Source: a virus
IMG/VR virus record: IMGVR_UViG_3300025617_000013
Coordinates: 23,664 to 87,663 of that record
Reading direction: 5' to 3' (one strand)
Length of the DNA stretch: 64,000 nt
The notes under the pieces are model-generated. The model searched no databases. It saw only the letters and a list, made by a program, of their open reading frames with translations, and was not told the origin of the DNA. Position numbers and translations under genes: made by a program. Shown piece after piece: positions 1-11,135 of the stretch; positions within the stretch are counted from its first letter, which is position 1, and every line of letters begins with the position of its first letter.

Positions 1-1
1 T

Positions 2-3000
2 GATACTGCTTCTGCAGAAATTATTAGATTAGGAGAAATATCAGATGATGCTTCTGATCTATACGGTTTAAAAATTTATAACGGCTCTGGTACCGGTAGT
101 GCTGATACGATAGCAATGTTCGGCCAACAGGGTAATAAAATCGGAGGTTGGGAAATAACCGACTCTCAGATAAGAACAGTACCTAGTTCTGGTTTTGGAG
201 GTTCTTACGGAGCTGATGAAACAGGACTTATAATACATTCAGATGGTAAGTTAGAATCTTCTAATTTTGTTACCAATGTTAAAGGGTGGAGAATAGATAC
301 CGCCGGTAATGGTTCTGCTGAATTTGAAAATATGAGAATACGTGGTACTTTAAGAACCACAGTATTTGAAAAAGAAAGTGTAAACGTAGTCGGAGGACAA
401 TTAATGGTTGCTAATGCAACTACTATTGAACCTCTACGAGATGCTGATGGAACTATTATAGCTGGTTCATCTTCGTATGCAGATACAGCTGTTACTTTTT
501 CTGTAGCTAATGTTTCTGGATTTGCAGAAGGAGAAATTATAAAAGCAAAATCAGTAGATGCAACAGGTTTTTCAGTAGAGTACTTCTACGTATCAGGTAG
601 CTCTAGATATTCAGAACATGGTAACTTATCCTACAATACAGGTTCCATAGACCCTGATGGATTAGCTGGAGAGATATACGTTGAAAGATCGTTTGGAGGA
701 GCACCAGCTGCTTCTTCATCTCTAACTACCCTATCTTCCGAAATACCAGATGATATAGTTACTACTATTGATGTAACTTCTGCTACAGGTATTACCACTC
801 AGAATATTTTAAAAATAGGTGATGAGAGGTTAAAAGTTACCGCTATCAACGGCACTACTTTTACTGTAATAAGAGGGTACCATGACACAGCTCCTAATTC
901 TCATATAAACGGTAGCACAGTCTTTTTAGTAAATACAGATAATGAATTTTTAGCAGGACTAGTATCCTCAGCTAAACCATACAATGAAGGTCAAGTATTA
1001 GTTTCTACCGGTGTATATAATCCTTCTGAAAATATATCTTCTGGGTATATCCTAATGAATGCTAATCCTAGAGATGTTTCTACTCCATATATGGATATAG
1101 TAGAAAGAACAGGATCAGGAGTATATGATTTAGAATTAAGATCTAGATTAGGTGACCTATCAGGTTTATCATCAGGCTACTTATACGGTAATAACGAACC
1201 AGGATTTGGTTTATATACTGAGAATGGATTCTTTAAAGGTGCTATTACTGCTGATACAGGATCTATAGCAGGTATACTTCATGTAGCAACAGTACAAGGA
1301 GGTTTAGAAACTGGACAGAAGATATCTATCGGTAGAGATGTTTCTGGTACCAATGATGGTATATATGTAAACAACAATAACTACTGGTACACAGACGGTG
1401 CTTGGAAAGTAGGCGGTGCAACTAATTTTATATCTCTAGATAATTTTACTGATGGTAATCTAGTAGTAAGAACTGAAACCTTTACTTTAGATACTCCTAA
1501 TATGATAATTTCTAGTTCCCTTAATAACGGAACTATGACATTAGGTGCTAATGCTGATACTATTACAGAAACAGCAGAAGCAGGTATATACATGGACGGT
1601 AACGGCAAGTTTAGAGTCGGAACCGGAACTACAGGCAACAATTACATATATTGGGATGGTAGTACTTTAAATATTAAAGGTGCTATCGATATAACAGGAG
1701 GTACGGGTGTTAATACAGACGAACTTAATGCTGCTACTAGCTCAGCCATAACTACAGCTAATGAATTTACTAATCAGTCTACAGCATCACTATCAGGTTC
1801 TATATCCGATGTAACAGATGAACTTGATGATAAAATATTTACTGACAGTACCGGTAGAGCAGTAAAAGCACCAACAGCTAACACAGAAGGATTATATTTA
1901 GCATCTACTAATATAGGATTCTATAAAGACGGAGAATGGAAAACCTACATGGATAATGAAGGGGATTTCTTTTTAACTGGATCGGCAGGAAATAAATTAG
2001 CATGGGATTCTTCAACAGGAGTCTTAGAAATAGCTGGTGCAATTAACATAACCGGAGGTAATGCAGCAACACAAGATTACGTAACTGGCAGTATTGACAG
2101 TATATCAGGTTCTTTAGCTAGCTCTATATCATCTTCTAATTCTGAATTATCTAGTTCTATTAGTTCTTCTAATGCTACACTAGTTAGTCAACTTAATGCA
2201 GTAGAATCTTTAGCGGAAGGAAAAACATCTATATTCAAACAAGCCACTGCTCCTGCTACTGAAAGTAGAATTAATGGAGATATGTGGATCGACTCTGACG
2301 ATCAAAACAGAGTATACATTTTTGATATAGGTACTGAAACCTGGGTAACTACACCAGACGGCACTTACGATCAAACAGACCTTATAAATCAAACATCTTC
2401 TTCTTTATCTGGCTCTATAGCTTTAGATATATTCACAGATGCAACCGGTAAATTAGTCAGAACACCAGATACTTCTTCAGCAGGACTTTACTTAGGAGAT
2501 ACTAACTTAGGGTTTTACGATGATGGTGAGTGGAAAACATACATGGCCAATAATGGTAATTTCTACCTAACAGGTAGTGATTCAAATTACCTATTTTGGG
2601 ATGGTACTAGTTTAAATATAGCAGGTTCAATAAATATTACTTCTGGAAATGCAGCAACAACAAGCTCAGTTTCAGATGCACAAATAGCAGCTCAGAATTT
2701 CGCAGCAACAGCTTCTGCTAATGCAGTAACAAGTGGTAGTAATGCAGCAGATGCAGCTTTAACCTCATCTATAGATTACGCTAATCAAGCTACTGCTTCT
2801 TTATCAGGCTCTATAGCAACAGATATTTCTGCTTCTAATCTAAATGTTAATCAAATATCAGCATCACAAGCATTAATAAATGACGGAGTAACAGGATTCT
2901 TAGACGGTAAGAACTCTGTATTTAGACAACAAACAGAACCTAGTTCAACTGGAAGAGTAGATGGTGATATTTGGATAGATACCAATAGTGATCCTGCAAA

Positions 3001-6000
3001 TAAAGTATACGTATGGGCAACTGATACATTTGTAGCAACACCAGACGGTACCTACGATCAATCAGGACTTATAAGTCAAACATCAGGTTCGATAGCTGCT
3101 GACATATTTACAGACTCTACTGGTAAATTAGTAAAAACACCTAATCTATCAGGAGCAGGTTTATTCTTAGGAGATTCTAACTTAGGATTTTACGGTGACG
3201 GTAAGTGGAAAACTTACATGGCTAACAACGGTAACTTCTTCCTTACAGGTAGTGATGGCGGTTTCCTAAAATGGCAAAACGGAGCACTTGAAATCAAAGG
3301 TTCTATTAATATAGTCGGTGGAAATGCTGCAACACAAGATTTCGTAAATTCAGCAACAGGCTCAATTTCAAGTTCTTTATCAAGCTCTATAAGTGATAGT
3401 TTTATAGCTAACTCATCTTCAGCTGCAAACGCTCAACAAACCGCTGTTATAGCATCCGGAGAAGCAGCATTAGCTGAACAAACAGCTTTAACCGCTTCTG
3501 CTTTAGCAACAACTGCTACAGAAAGAACAGTAGATGCAGATGGTAAAATAACATTTAATCCAACACCTTCAGGTACTGGATTATTTATGAGTGCTGATAA
3601 CTTAGGTTATTATGATACTAATACTTGGAAAACTTACATGTCTGCATCAGGTGATTTTTATCTTGCTGGAGACGGAAATAACGGACTTTCATGGGATGGT
3701 TCTGATTTAAGTATTGATGGTACGATAGTAGCTAGAGACGGTTCAATAGGAGGTATAACATTAGAAAGTAATAAACTATACAACGGAACAGGTACACACG
3801 GTAACTCTAATACAGGTTTCTATATAGATTCTTCTAGTAAGTTTTCATTAGGAGATAAATTAGTTTGGGACGGAACAACCCTTACAGTTTCAGGTAATAT
3901 AACAGTTACTAATTCAAATGATTTTGCTTCTCAAGCGGAGTTAGATGCAGCAACAGGCTCATTACAAAATAGTATAGACGGTATTAATAGTTCTACTAGC
4001 TCATTAGTAAATCCATCTTCTTATGCATTTGGAGGCGGTGGGTTTAGTTTAGGTAACGTACCAAGTCCTTCTGCCGGTCTACATTTAGGAGCAGATAAAT
4101 TAGGATACCACAATGGTACCTCTTGGCTAACTTACATGGATAACTCAGGACACTTCTTACTATCAGGTTCAGGAGATGATTCATTATCTTGGAATGGAGC
4201 TACTTTAAGAATAGGTTCACCAGGTGTAGGTCCTTCATTAGCATATCAATTTGTCGGATCTTTAGATACCAACGTATTTGATATATCTTCAAACTTAACA
4301 GTAACATCAGTAACATCACCAGTAGTTGGAGTCAAATTACGAACTCCTTCAGACGGATGGAATAATGGATTACACTCCAAAGCTCTTTTTGACAGACAAG
4401 ACGGAGGTATATTTGAATGGGATATTGTAGTAGGACCTCTTAACGCTAGAATGATGTTTGGTCTTTATAAGGAAAATCCATCATCCTTTTCTTACAGTCA
4501 GTTACCACATGCAATCTATATCGATACTTCAGGTAATATATCGATATACGAAAACGGAGGTAGCCCTTCAGGAATCTTAGCATCAAATGATTATACAGCA
4601 GATAACGACTATTCAGAAAATCAACAGTATAGGCTTAGAATTCAACCTCTACCGACAGGTGCAAGATATGAAATATTTAAAGATGGTGATTTCACAACAC
4701 CTCATTCTACCTATGATTCATCTGCAAATGGAGTTACAGAGAGATATCTAAGACCAGGTATTTCAGTATATGAATCTGATCCTAATGCCGGAGTTATAGT
4801 ACAAGCTATAGCTGGAGGTTCTAGTTTAGGAATAGCAACTAAAATATCAGGTAATACGATTCAAACAGGTGTATTAGAATCATCTAACTTATCTACTACT
4901 TTAGGTTCACAATTTAACTTAAATGACGGTACATTTAAATTAGGAGGTACTTCTTCACCTAAATTAAATTGGAACGGCAGTACATTATCAGTTGTTGGTA
5001 ATATAACAGTTACAAACCCTGATAGCTTTGCAACACCTGCAGAAAAGAATAAAGAAGACTTTAAGATTATTCTTTTAGCTACAGGTAGTATAGGTTCTAC
5101 CAATACAGACTCAGTAGCGTATCTAGCAAGTCAAGGATATACAGGTGGTAACGGCAGTACTCACTTCTACGATAATAATAATGACTCAGACGGCAACACC
5201 AACCCTGCTAATATTTCAGGATACGATACTCAAGACTACGATCTGTACATATTTGACTGTAGAAACTGGGCTATAAATGGTACAGAAATAAAGCTAGCTC
5301 TTGATTTATTTGATAACGGTAAATCGGTTCTTATAGCAGGTAATGATAACACAGTAGCAAACTATACAGGTTCTTATAATACAGAGTGGCCGATTAAAGC
5401 AACAGTAGCACGAAGCGGTACAGGCTGGATGGTAGGACCATCAGCTTCGGGTAAAGGTTTACCTGCTTCTCATCCTATACTAGCAGGCATATCAGGTAAT
5501 GTAGCAACTACAACTAGTGGTGATGGCGGTACAATAATCACACAGTTAAAAGCATTTCCTAAAGGTGGAACAGTAGTACAGCCATTTTCTATCACAGATG
5601 AAACAACATCTGTAACAAATACAAATGATGTATTTACAACTAGTGGAACTGGTCAAGGTATTACAAGTTTTATTGCCACTAACCCTAGAGGTGGTAGGAT
5701 GGTTAATCTTAACTTATTCGCTTTAAATACCACAGGTGGGTATAGATCTCTATCAGAACAAGCAGCTAAAAACTTAACAAGTTTCTTACTTAGAACAGAC
5801 CCTGCTATCGAAGCACACTATATGCAGGTTACTTCTATTACCGGTGAAATGGTAACAACAGGTAAGATTAATTCTTCTAACTTAAATGAAGGATCTGGTA
5901 CATACACTACTGCCGGTACATTATTTGATTTAGATAATGGCGCAATAAAAAGTAAATCTTTTGCAATCGATAGTTCAGGTAATGCATTCTTCAAAGGTAA

Positions 6001-8650
6001 TCTTTCAGGTGCTTCCGGTACATTCTCAGGAACATTGTCAGCTACAGCTGGTACTATTGGAGGTTGGACTTTAGGTAGTAATACTTTATCTAGTACTGGT
6101 ATTGCTGATACTTCCGGGTATACCACAGGAGGTATTACCTTAAATGCAAACGGTAACGGAAGTATACATAGTAAAAACTTCTATATAGATACATCAGGTG
6201 ATGCATTCTTTAGAGGAAGTTTGAGCGGTGCAGATATTACAGGAGCTACAGGTACTTTTGCCGGTCAAATAGAAGTTGGAGGTCAAAACCTAGATTCGGT
6301 AATCACTCAAACCTCTACAAATCAAAACTCATTATTCCCTAATCCTGACTTTGGAGAAATAGATCCTATATACACCTACAGACCATTTGGTGTATTTGCT
6401 ACATATGGAAGTAATGTACGAGAAAATATCAGCTATTCAGGCTCTAATGCGGAATCAGGAATATTAGAACTACAAAGTGATAGTGACACCTCTATAGGTA
6501 TGGCATTCTCAGCATTTACAGTAATACCTGGTCAAACATATAAGTTCTATATACGTATAGCTCATGAAGTTAATACGTCATCTAATGGAATGTATATTAG
6601 AGTTTATGAATCAACTAGCACATTAAGTTCAACTGAATTTTTTGTATCACAAAATGGTGCAAGTACAACCTGGGAAACCGGAGGTAAAGCTGGAACTGCT
6701 AGACCTCTTGAGAATAGAACTATAGATGGTGTAGCATCTTTTAGTGCTTTTGAAGACATTGCTTTCCATACTGATTATAAAATTTATCAATTTACTTATA
6801 CAGCAACTTCTACTGCTAAAGCAGCATCTGTAAATATTTTAAACTGGACTGGAGGCGGAACAAACGGACTATACGTATCTAGAATGTCTGTTATCCCGGT
6901 ATCACAAGATGTTTATACCGGTATCATAGGGGGTTGGACTATGGATAGCACAGGTATATTTGCCGGACCAAAAGATTCAAATGGATATGCAGACGCCGGC
7001 GGTATTACTCTATCGGCAGGTGGTTCTATACATGCCAAACAGTTCTACATAGATACCACAGGTGATGCATTCTTTAAAGGTACTTTAGCTATCGGTACAG
7101 GTAATAATATATTTAAAGCTACACCTGGTACAGGTATACAAGTTGGACATGCAACATTTGCATCTGCACCATTTAGAGTTACCGAAGCAGGATCAGTATC
7201 AGCAACCTTAGGAAATATAGGGAACTGGATTATTAGTTCTGGTGAATTGAGAGACAGTACTGGAAGAATTGAATTAGATCCTACAGATAGAGCTATTAGG
7301 ATAAATGACAGTGGCGGTACTAATAGAGTAGAGATAAGCTCAGAGAATCTAAGCGCAGTATCCCCTACTAGAGCATTAGATGCAGGGTATGCTACTTTTG
7401 AAACCAGCATGTATACTAGAAGAGATTCTTCCTCTGTCGCAGCAACCGTTGCTTTTGATCAATCTAGTACAACTACTGTAAACCAGAAACTCTTCCAATT
7501 GGCTCAGTATACATCTTGGGGACCAGGTTATAGCGGTAGAGATATAAGTGCTTACAAATATACATCTGGATATACACACAGCGGTGGAGATCTACCTGTC
7601 ATTCTTCCTATCGCAAGTAACCCAAGCACAGGTAGACTAACTGTACAAGTACCAGACCTATCAGACACTGGATATCCGACTAACACTTGGTACGATAAGT
7701 TTTCTGCAGCTTTTCTCCAACCAAACCAGATGAATCTAAAGTACGTTCTTCAAAGAGAAGAATCAGGAGGAACAAGCGGTCCTGCCTACTGGGCAGACGT
7801 ATATGGTACTTTTACTTCAGTTAAGCTAGCTGAAACATTTACACCTAATTATGTTGGAGTAGGTAAAAATGACCTAAGACCTTTATCCCCAGGATCCTCA
7901 ACATATGTAGGCTACGCATATTATTCATCAGATGAGAATGACTGGAATTGGAATGCTACTACTATAAGCAGAACATTCACGAATTTAACTGCAGGTACGT
8001 ATAGATTAGGGGTAAAGTATGAGTTAGACTATAGTTTAAACCTAAACCTTACACAAGGTAATAACACTACAGGAGCATCAACGTATTCGCCTGCAATTTC
8101 TATAGATTTAAGACTGTATGAATTTCACGCAGAAAACACCCCAGTAACCTTCGGAACTTTCTCTCAAAAAGTAAACGTTGGATTAAACGGAGTACAGGTA
8201 TCCGGTGTTTCCGGATCTGTAGTACTAGGAGAGGTAAATGATACCGGAGTAGCTTCAATTTACGGAGATGCATTAATTACCGGTAAACTTACTGCTAATA
8301 CTACTGCATTCTCGGATGTAAGGTTAAAAGACAATATACAAGATATAGAGAACCCTCTAGAATTAATTGGTGGTCTACAACCTCGTTCATTCAATTGGAA
8401 CCGTACTGTTAACCCATATGAAACTAGAGGTAACTCGTACGGATTTATTGCACAAGAAATAACAGGCAGTTTACCTGAATTAGTAGGTGTTGAATTAAGA
8501 GAGGTAGGGCATACACGTAACTTACTTACCTTAGATCAAATGCCAATTATAGCTCTAAATACAGCAGGAATAAAGGCTCTTTTAGAGAAAGTAGAAAGTC
8601 TAGAAACGAAAGTGCAACAGTTAGAAACTGAAGCAAGCGGCTCACAATAA
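2..8650 (+). CDS. Giant tail/fibre protein, 5'-truncated, with C-terminal intramolecular chaperone (Peptidase_S74-like) domain
   Basis: Frame is open from position 2, so ATG 116 is probably internal. Gly/Ser/Thr-rich beta repeats, about five 'GFY..G.WKTYM.N.G.F.L.G' repeats, and C-terminal 'SDVRLKDNIQDI...LQPRSFNW...GFIAQE...coiled coil' typical of S74 chaperones. Confidence 0.8.
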   Translation, partial: DTASAEIIRLGEISDDASDLYGLKIYNGSGTGSADTIAMFGQQGNKIGGWEITDSQIRTVPSSGFGGSYGADETGLIIHSDGKLESSNFVTNVKGWRIDTAGNGSAEFENMRIRGTLRTTVFEKESVNVVGGQLMVANATTIEPLRDADGTIIAGSSSYADTAVTFSVANVSGFAEGEIIKAKSVDATGFSVEYFYVSGSSRYSEHGNLSYNTGSIDPDGLAGEIYVERSFGGAPAASSSLTTLSSEIPDDIVTTIDVTSATGITTQNILKIGDERLKVTAINGTTFTVIRGYHDTAPNSHINGSTVFLVNTDNEFLAGLVSSAKPYNEGQVLVSTGVYNPSENISSGYILMNANPRDVSTPYMDIVERTGSGVYDLELRSRLGDLSGLSSGYLYGNNEPGFGLYTENGFFKGAITADTGSIAGILHVATVQGGLETGQKISIGRDVSGTNDGIYVNNNNYWYTDGAWKVGGATNFISLDNFTDGNLVVRTETFTLDTPNMIISSSLNNGTMTLGANADTITETAEAGIYMDGNGKFRVGTGTTGNNYIYWDGSTLNIKGAIDITGGTGVNTDELNAATSSAITTANEFTNQSTASLSGSISDVTDELDDKIFTDSTGRAVKAPTANTEGLYLASTNIGFYKDGEWKTYMDNEGDFFLTGSAGNKLAWDSSTGVLEIAGAINITGGNAATQDYVTGSIDSISGSLASSISSSNSELSSSISSSNATLVSQLNAVESLAEGKTSIFKQATAPATESRINGDMWIDSDDQNRVYIFDIGTETWVTTPDGTYDQTDLINQTSSSLSGSIALDIFTDATGKLVRTPDTSSAGLYLGDTNLGFYDDGEWKTYMANNGNFYLTGSDSNYLFWDGTSLNIAGSINITSGNAATTSSVSDAQIAAQNFAATASANAVTSGSNAADAALTSSIDYANQATASLSGSIATDISASNLNVNQISASQALINDGVTGFLDGKNSVFRQQTEPSSTGRVDGDIWIDTNSDPANKVYVWATDTFVATPDGTYDQSGLISQTSGSIAADIFTDSTGKLVKTPNLSGAGLFLGDSNLGFYGDGKWKTYMANNGNFFLTGSDGGFLKWQNGALEIKGSINIVGGNAATQDFVNSATGSISSSLSSSISDSFIANSSSAANAQQTAVIASGEAALAEQTALTASALATTATERTVDADGKITFNPTPSGTGLFMSADNLGYYDTNTWKTYMSASGDFYLAGDGNNGLSWDGSDLSIDGTIVARDGSIGGITLESNKLYNGTGTHGNSNTGFYIDSSSKFSLGDKLVWDGTTLTVSGNITVTNSNDFASQAELDAATGSLQNSIDGINSSTSSLVNPSSYAFGGGGFSLGNVPSPSAGLHLGADKLGYHNGTSWLTYMDNSGHFLLSGSGDDSLSWNGATLRIGSPGVGPSLAYQFVGSLDTNVFDISSNLTVTSVTSPVVGVKLRTPSDGWNNGLHSKALFDRQDGGIFEWDIVVGPLNARMMFGLYKENPSSFSYSQLPHAIYIDTSGNISIYENGGSPSGILASNDYTADNDYSENQQYRLRIQPLPTGARYEIFKDGDFTTPHSTYDSSANGVTERYLRPGISVYESDPNAGVIVQAIAGGSSLGIATKISGNTIQTGVLESSNLSTTLGSQFNLNDGTFKLGGTSSPKLNWNGSTLSVVGNITVTNPDSFATPAEKNKEDFKIILLATGSIGSTNTDSVAYLASQGYTGGNGSTHFYDNNNDSDGNTNPANISGYDTQDYDLYIFDCRNWAINGTEIKLALDLFDNGKSVLIAGNDNTVANYTGSYNTEWPIKATVARSGTGWMVGPSASGKGLPASHPILAGISGNVATTTSGDGGTIITQLKAFPKGGTVVQPFSITDETTSVTNTNDVFTTSGTGQGITSFIATNPRGGRMVNLNLFALNTTGGYRSLSEQAAKNLTSFLLRTDPAIEAHYMQVTSITGEMVTTGKINSSNLNEGSGTYTTAGTLFDLDNGAIKSKSFAIDSSGNAFFKGNLSGASGTFSGTLSATAGTIGGWTLGSNTLSSTGIADTSGYTTGGITLNANGNGSIHSKNFYIDTSGDAFFRGSLSGADITGATGTFAGQIEVGGQNLDSVITQTSTNQNSLFPNPDFGEIDPIYTYRPFGVFATYGSNVRENISYSGSNAESGILELQSDSDTSIGMAFSAFTVIPGQTYKFYIRIAHEVNTSSNGMYIRVYESTSTLSSTEFFVSQNGASTTWETGGKAGTARPLENRTIDGVASFSAFEDIAFHTDYKIYQFTYTATSTAKAASVNILNWTGGGTNGLYVSRMSVIPVSQDVYTGIIGGWTMDSTGIFAGPKDSNGYADAGGITLSAGGSIHAKQFYIDTTGDAFFKGTLAIGTGNNIFKATPGTGIQVGHATFASAPFRVTEAGSVSATLGNIGNWIISSGELRDSTGRIELDPTDRAIRINDSGGTNRVEISSENLSAVSPTRALDAGYATFETSMYTRRDSSSVAATVAFDQSSTTTVNQKLFQLAQYTSWGPGYSGRDISAYKYTSGYTHSGGDLPVILPIASNPSTGRLTVQVPDLSDTGYPTNTWYDKFSAAFLQPNQMNLKYVLQREESGGTSGPAYWADVYGTFTSVKLAETFTPNYVGVGKNDLRPLSPGSSTYVGYAYYSSDENDWNWNATTISRTFTNLTAGTYRLGVKYELDYSLNLNLTQGNNTTGASTYSPAISIDLRLYEFHAENTPVTFGTFSQKVNVGLNGVQVSGVSGSVVLGEVNDTGVASIYGDALITGKLTANTTAFSDVRLKDNIQDIENPLELIGGLQPRSFNWNRTVNPYETRGNSYGFIAQEITGSLPELVGVELREVGHTRNLLTLDQMPIIALNTAGIKALLEKVESLETKVQQLETEASGSQ

Positions 8651-8658
8651 TAGAGAAT

Positions 8659-9684
8659 ATGAAAATCTTACAAACATTAGCGACAGAATATTTAGAAGAT
8701 ACTCCCTATAGAGAGTATACTCAAAAACTACTCTACCATTTAGTAAGTGCATTAAGTATACGTCAAGCTTACGGTAAAGACCAAGAGTTTATATTGATAA
8801 CTGATACTCAAGGAAAAAGTATAATTGAAGATTTAGGTATATTTCCCTATACTACTATTACTACAGATCTAGATAATTGGCCTTATGCTAGACCATTTAG
8901 AAAGGTTGGATACAAGTTATACGGATTTGAACTTTACCCTGATGATGATATAATACATTTTGATAATGATGTTTTCATAAAAAATACTTTACCAGAATTT
9001 ACTGATGTACTAGTACAAGGACATGAAGGTAATTTCCTTGAAATGCTTTGGGACGATTCAGACTATGTCTACGAAGGATGGGTATACCCACCTGCTGCAA
9101 TGTCAGGCAGTGAGCATAAATTAACCAACAACTATAACCCTGGAGTATTAGGATTTAAAGCTAATAGTAGTATTAGAGAGCAGTTTGTTAACGACTACAA
9201 CCAATATCTAAACACAAACACACTTAACCTCTTACAATTAAAAGAAGACAATCCCGCTCAATTTAACTCAATTTCAGGAGAAGAACACCAGTGGATAAAT
9301 ACAGCTTTAGAAGAATCATACCTATACCATTTATGTCAGGATAATGGTGTTAATGTTGTAGAAGCCCTAAACCCAGAAGTAGTTCCAACACCTTTAAAGT
9401 ACGTCCGTGAAGAACGTAAACAAGGAGAGTTTATAGTTAGGCTTACAGAAAGACACTATGACTACTGGCAAGAGTTAGGGTATATACATCCATTTAATCG
9501 TAAAAGAAAACAAAAATCATTTATGGTGGATTTATTAGGAAATATAGAGACAGACCCAGTTGCTACTTTTATTCCTAATATGACCGAAGAAATAACTACC
9601 TTCTTAAAAAAGAGATACGGTACGTCTGAAAATCCTTCTAATGAAGAAATCGCAATGTGCCTTAAGAAAATCTGCTTACAGTAA
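8659..9684 (+). CDS. Putative GT-A fold glycosyltransferase-like protein
   Basis: 'LITD' strand, 'KLY', DxD motif 'IIHFDNDVF', 'YNPGVLGF' and 'LEE..LY' fit the GT-A/nucleotide-diphospho-sugar transferase pattern. Confidence 0.5.
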   Translation: MKILQTLATEYLEDTPYREYTQKLLYHLVSALSIRQAYGKDQEFILITDTQGKSIIEDLGIFPYTTITTDLDNWPYARPFRKVGYKLYGFELYPDDDIIHFDNDVFIKNTLPEFTDVLVQGHEGNFLEMLWDDSDYVYEGWVYPPAAMSGSEHKLTNNYNPGVLGFKANSSIREQFVNDYNQYLNTNTLNLLQLKEDNPAQFNSISGEEHQWINTALEESYLYHLCQDNGVNVVEALNPEVVPTPLKYVREERKQGEFIVRLTERHYDYWQELGYIHPFNRKRKQKSFMVDLLGNIETDPVATFIPNMTEEITTFLKKRYGTSENPSNEEIAMCLKKICLQ

Positions 9685-9691
9685 GTAGTAG

Positions 9692-9720
9692 TTGCTTTTC
9701 TGGAATTAATTTCTTAAATT
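9692..9720 (+). promoter_or_regulatory. Putative early/middle promoter (TTGCTT-17-TAAATT)
   Basis: Same GTTG...TTC[TG]TA[TA]ATT layout as 12713 and 16527; directly upstream of ATG 9729. Confidence 0.55.
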
Positions 9721-9728
9721 TATTAACT

Positions 9729-10208
9729 ATGGTAACAGTACCCGGATGGACATATAAAGGACATCTCATAACAGATATTGCCGACATGCCAGAAGGTACG
9801 TACGGCTTTATATACGAGACATTTCATAAACCTACAGGTCAAAAGTACTTAGGTAAAAAAGTACTATACTTTGAACGTAATAAAAGATTAGGTAAAAGAG
9901 CCTTAGAAGCTTTGAGAGAAGAAAGAAAAGCTAAAGGTATAGGAGGTAGAGTTCCTCTTAAACAAAAAGTAATAACAGAATCAGACTGGAAAGATTACTA
10001 CGGATCTCATAAAGATATACTTAAATTAGTAAAAGAAGATGGACCTACAAATTTTCAGAGAAAAATTCTTTGCTACGTTCCTAATAAGAAGCTACTAACA
10101 TATTATGAATGTAAATACCTATTTATAAATGAAGTACTAGAAAACCGTGATAACTATATTAACGATAATATTCTAGGAAAATTTTATAGAAAAGACTTCG
10201 ACTTATGA
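9729..10208 (+). CDS. GIY-YIG (Seg-like) nuclease-domain protein
   Basis: 'YGFIY...KYLGKK' and 'WKDYYGS...E...YINDNILGK' resemble the GIY-YIG/Seg-like family of T4-like phages. Confidence 0.6.
   Translation: MVTVPGWTYKGHLITDIADMPEGTYGFIYETFHKPTGQKYLGKKVLYFERNKRLGKRALEALREERKAKGIGGRVPLKQKVITESDWKDYYGSHKDILKLVKEDGPTNFQRKILCYVPNKKLLTYYECKYLFINEVLENRDNYINDNILGKFYRKDFDL
10120..10127 (+). promoter_or_regulatory. TATTTATA putative late promoter (inside the upstream gene)
   Basis: Exact motif 85 nt upstream of ATG 10205. Confidence 0.4.
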
Positions 10209-10993
10209 TACAAATAAAAGAAATTATCGGATATCCGTCATTAGAATACCATTTAGATAATAATCTAACCTTATCTGAACATGTCTATCGTTATAGCTCG
10301 AAAGCGTTTATACAACTATTTAAAGAAGCAAGAGAGGCTTGGAGAGACGGTAAAATCGAATTGAATGAACAAGATACTCTTTTACTAGAGACTACCGATA
10401 TAGGAGAATACGCAGAGTATAATGGAATGAGAGTTCCTTTAGACTTACCAATGGTATCTCCAAACTACAATCCAATGTTTGAAATTGGTAACTTAATCGA
10501 TGAAATGATCGAAAATGAAGATACTATCGACGAAGCTACTACAATAGAGGAGATGATTGATTTTGATATGATTAAAGAACTAGTAGAATCTATCGGCGGT
10601 CAAATTGATATGGATAAGTTTAGAAAAGCAGTATCACTACAAAACGAAACTTTTGATTACAACGGCTTTGAAATGCTTAAAGCAGCTGTTAATTACATAC
10701 CTGAAGCAGAGTATAAAGGTAAAAAAGTGCAACTTAATAAACCAAAACGTGGTGGTTCTAAAAAATTCTACGTTTATGTTAAGAATCCAAAAACAGGGAA
10801 CGTAAAGAAAGTATCTTTCGGTGATACCGGACTTTCAGTTAAATTTAAACAAAAAGGAGCTAGAGCCTCATTTGCTGCACGTCACAAATGTGCACAGAAA
10901 AAAGATAAGACTAAAGCAGGATACTGGTCATGTAACATTGGACGTTATTGGAAGAGTCTTGGCGGTAGTTCTAACTTCTCTGGATACTGGTAG
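10205..10993 (+). CDS. Hypothetical protein: acidic N-region plus basic C-terminal domain; probable head cargo
   Basis: Acidic region with TIDE/TIEE/YIPE sites, followed by a Lys/Arg-rich domain 'KKFYVYVKNPKTGNVKKVSFG...RHKC...GYWSC'. Confidence 0.6.
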   Translation: MIQIKEIIGYPSLEYHLDNNLTLSEHVYRYSSKAFIQLFKEAREAWRDGKIELNEQDTLLLETTDIGEYAEYNGMRVPLDLPMVSPNYNPMFEIGNLIDEMIENEDTIDEATTIEEMIDFDMIKELVESIGGQIDMDKFRKAVSLQNETFDYNGFEMLKAAVNYIPEAEYKGKKVQLNKPKRGGSKKFYVYVKNPKTGNVKKVSFGDTGLSVKFKQKGARASFAARHKCAQKKDKTKAGYWSCNIGRYWKSLGGSSNFSGYW

Positions 10994-10996
10994 AAA

Positions 10997-11134
10997 ATGG
11001 AATTAACTTGGCTACAGTTTAAAAATAAAGATAATATTCGTATCTTAACAGAAAGTGAGCAGATGCGTCAATATAGATTTTATCTTGAAGCTCTGTCAAA
11101 TGAACTAAGAAGACAAAACATTAAAATAGGTTAA
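10997..11134 (+). CDS. 45-aa small protein (not in the ORF track), paralogue of 38374..38601
   Basis: Translates as MELTWLQFKNKDNIRILTESEQMRQYRFYLEALSNELRRQNIKIG, matching MELTWPQFRNQNHIRILNENEQIRQYRFYL at 38374; fills the gap between two genes. Confidence 0.8.
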   Translation: MELTWLQFKNKDNIRILTESEQMRQYRFYLEALSNELRRQNIKIG

Positions 11135-11135
11135 T

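Noticed and set aside
9729-10208. Intron-encoded or actively mobile homing endonuclease
   Set aside because: Free-standing with its own promoter-like site, no interrupted host gene, and no obvious C-terminal DNA-binding repeats; mobility cannot be supported.
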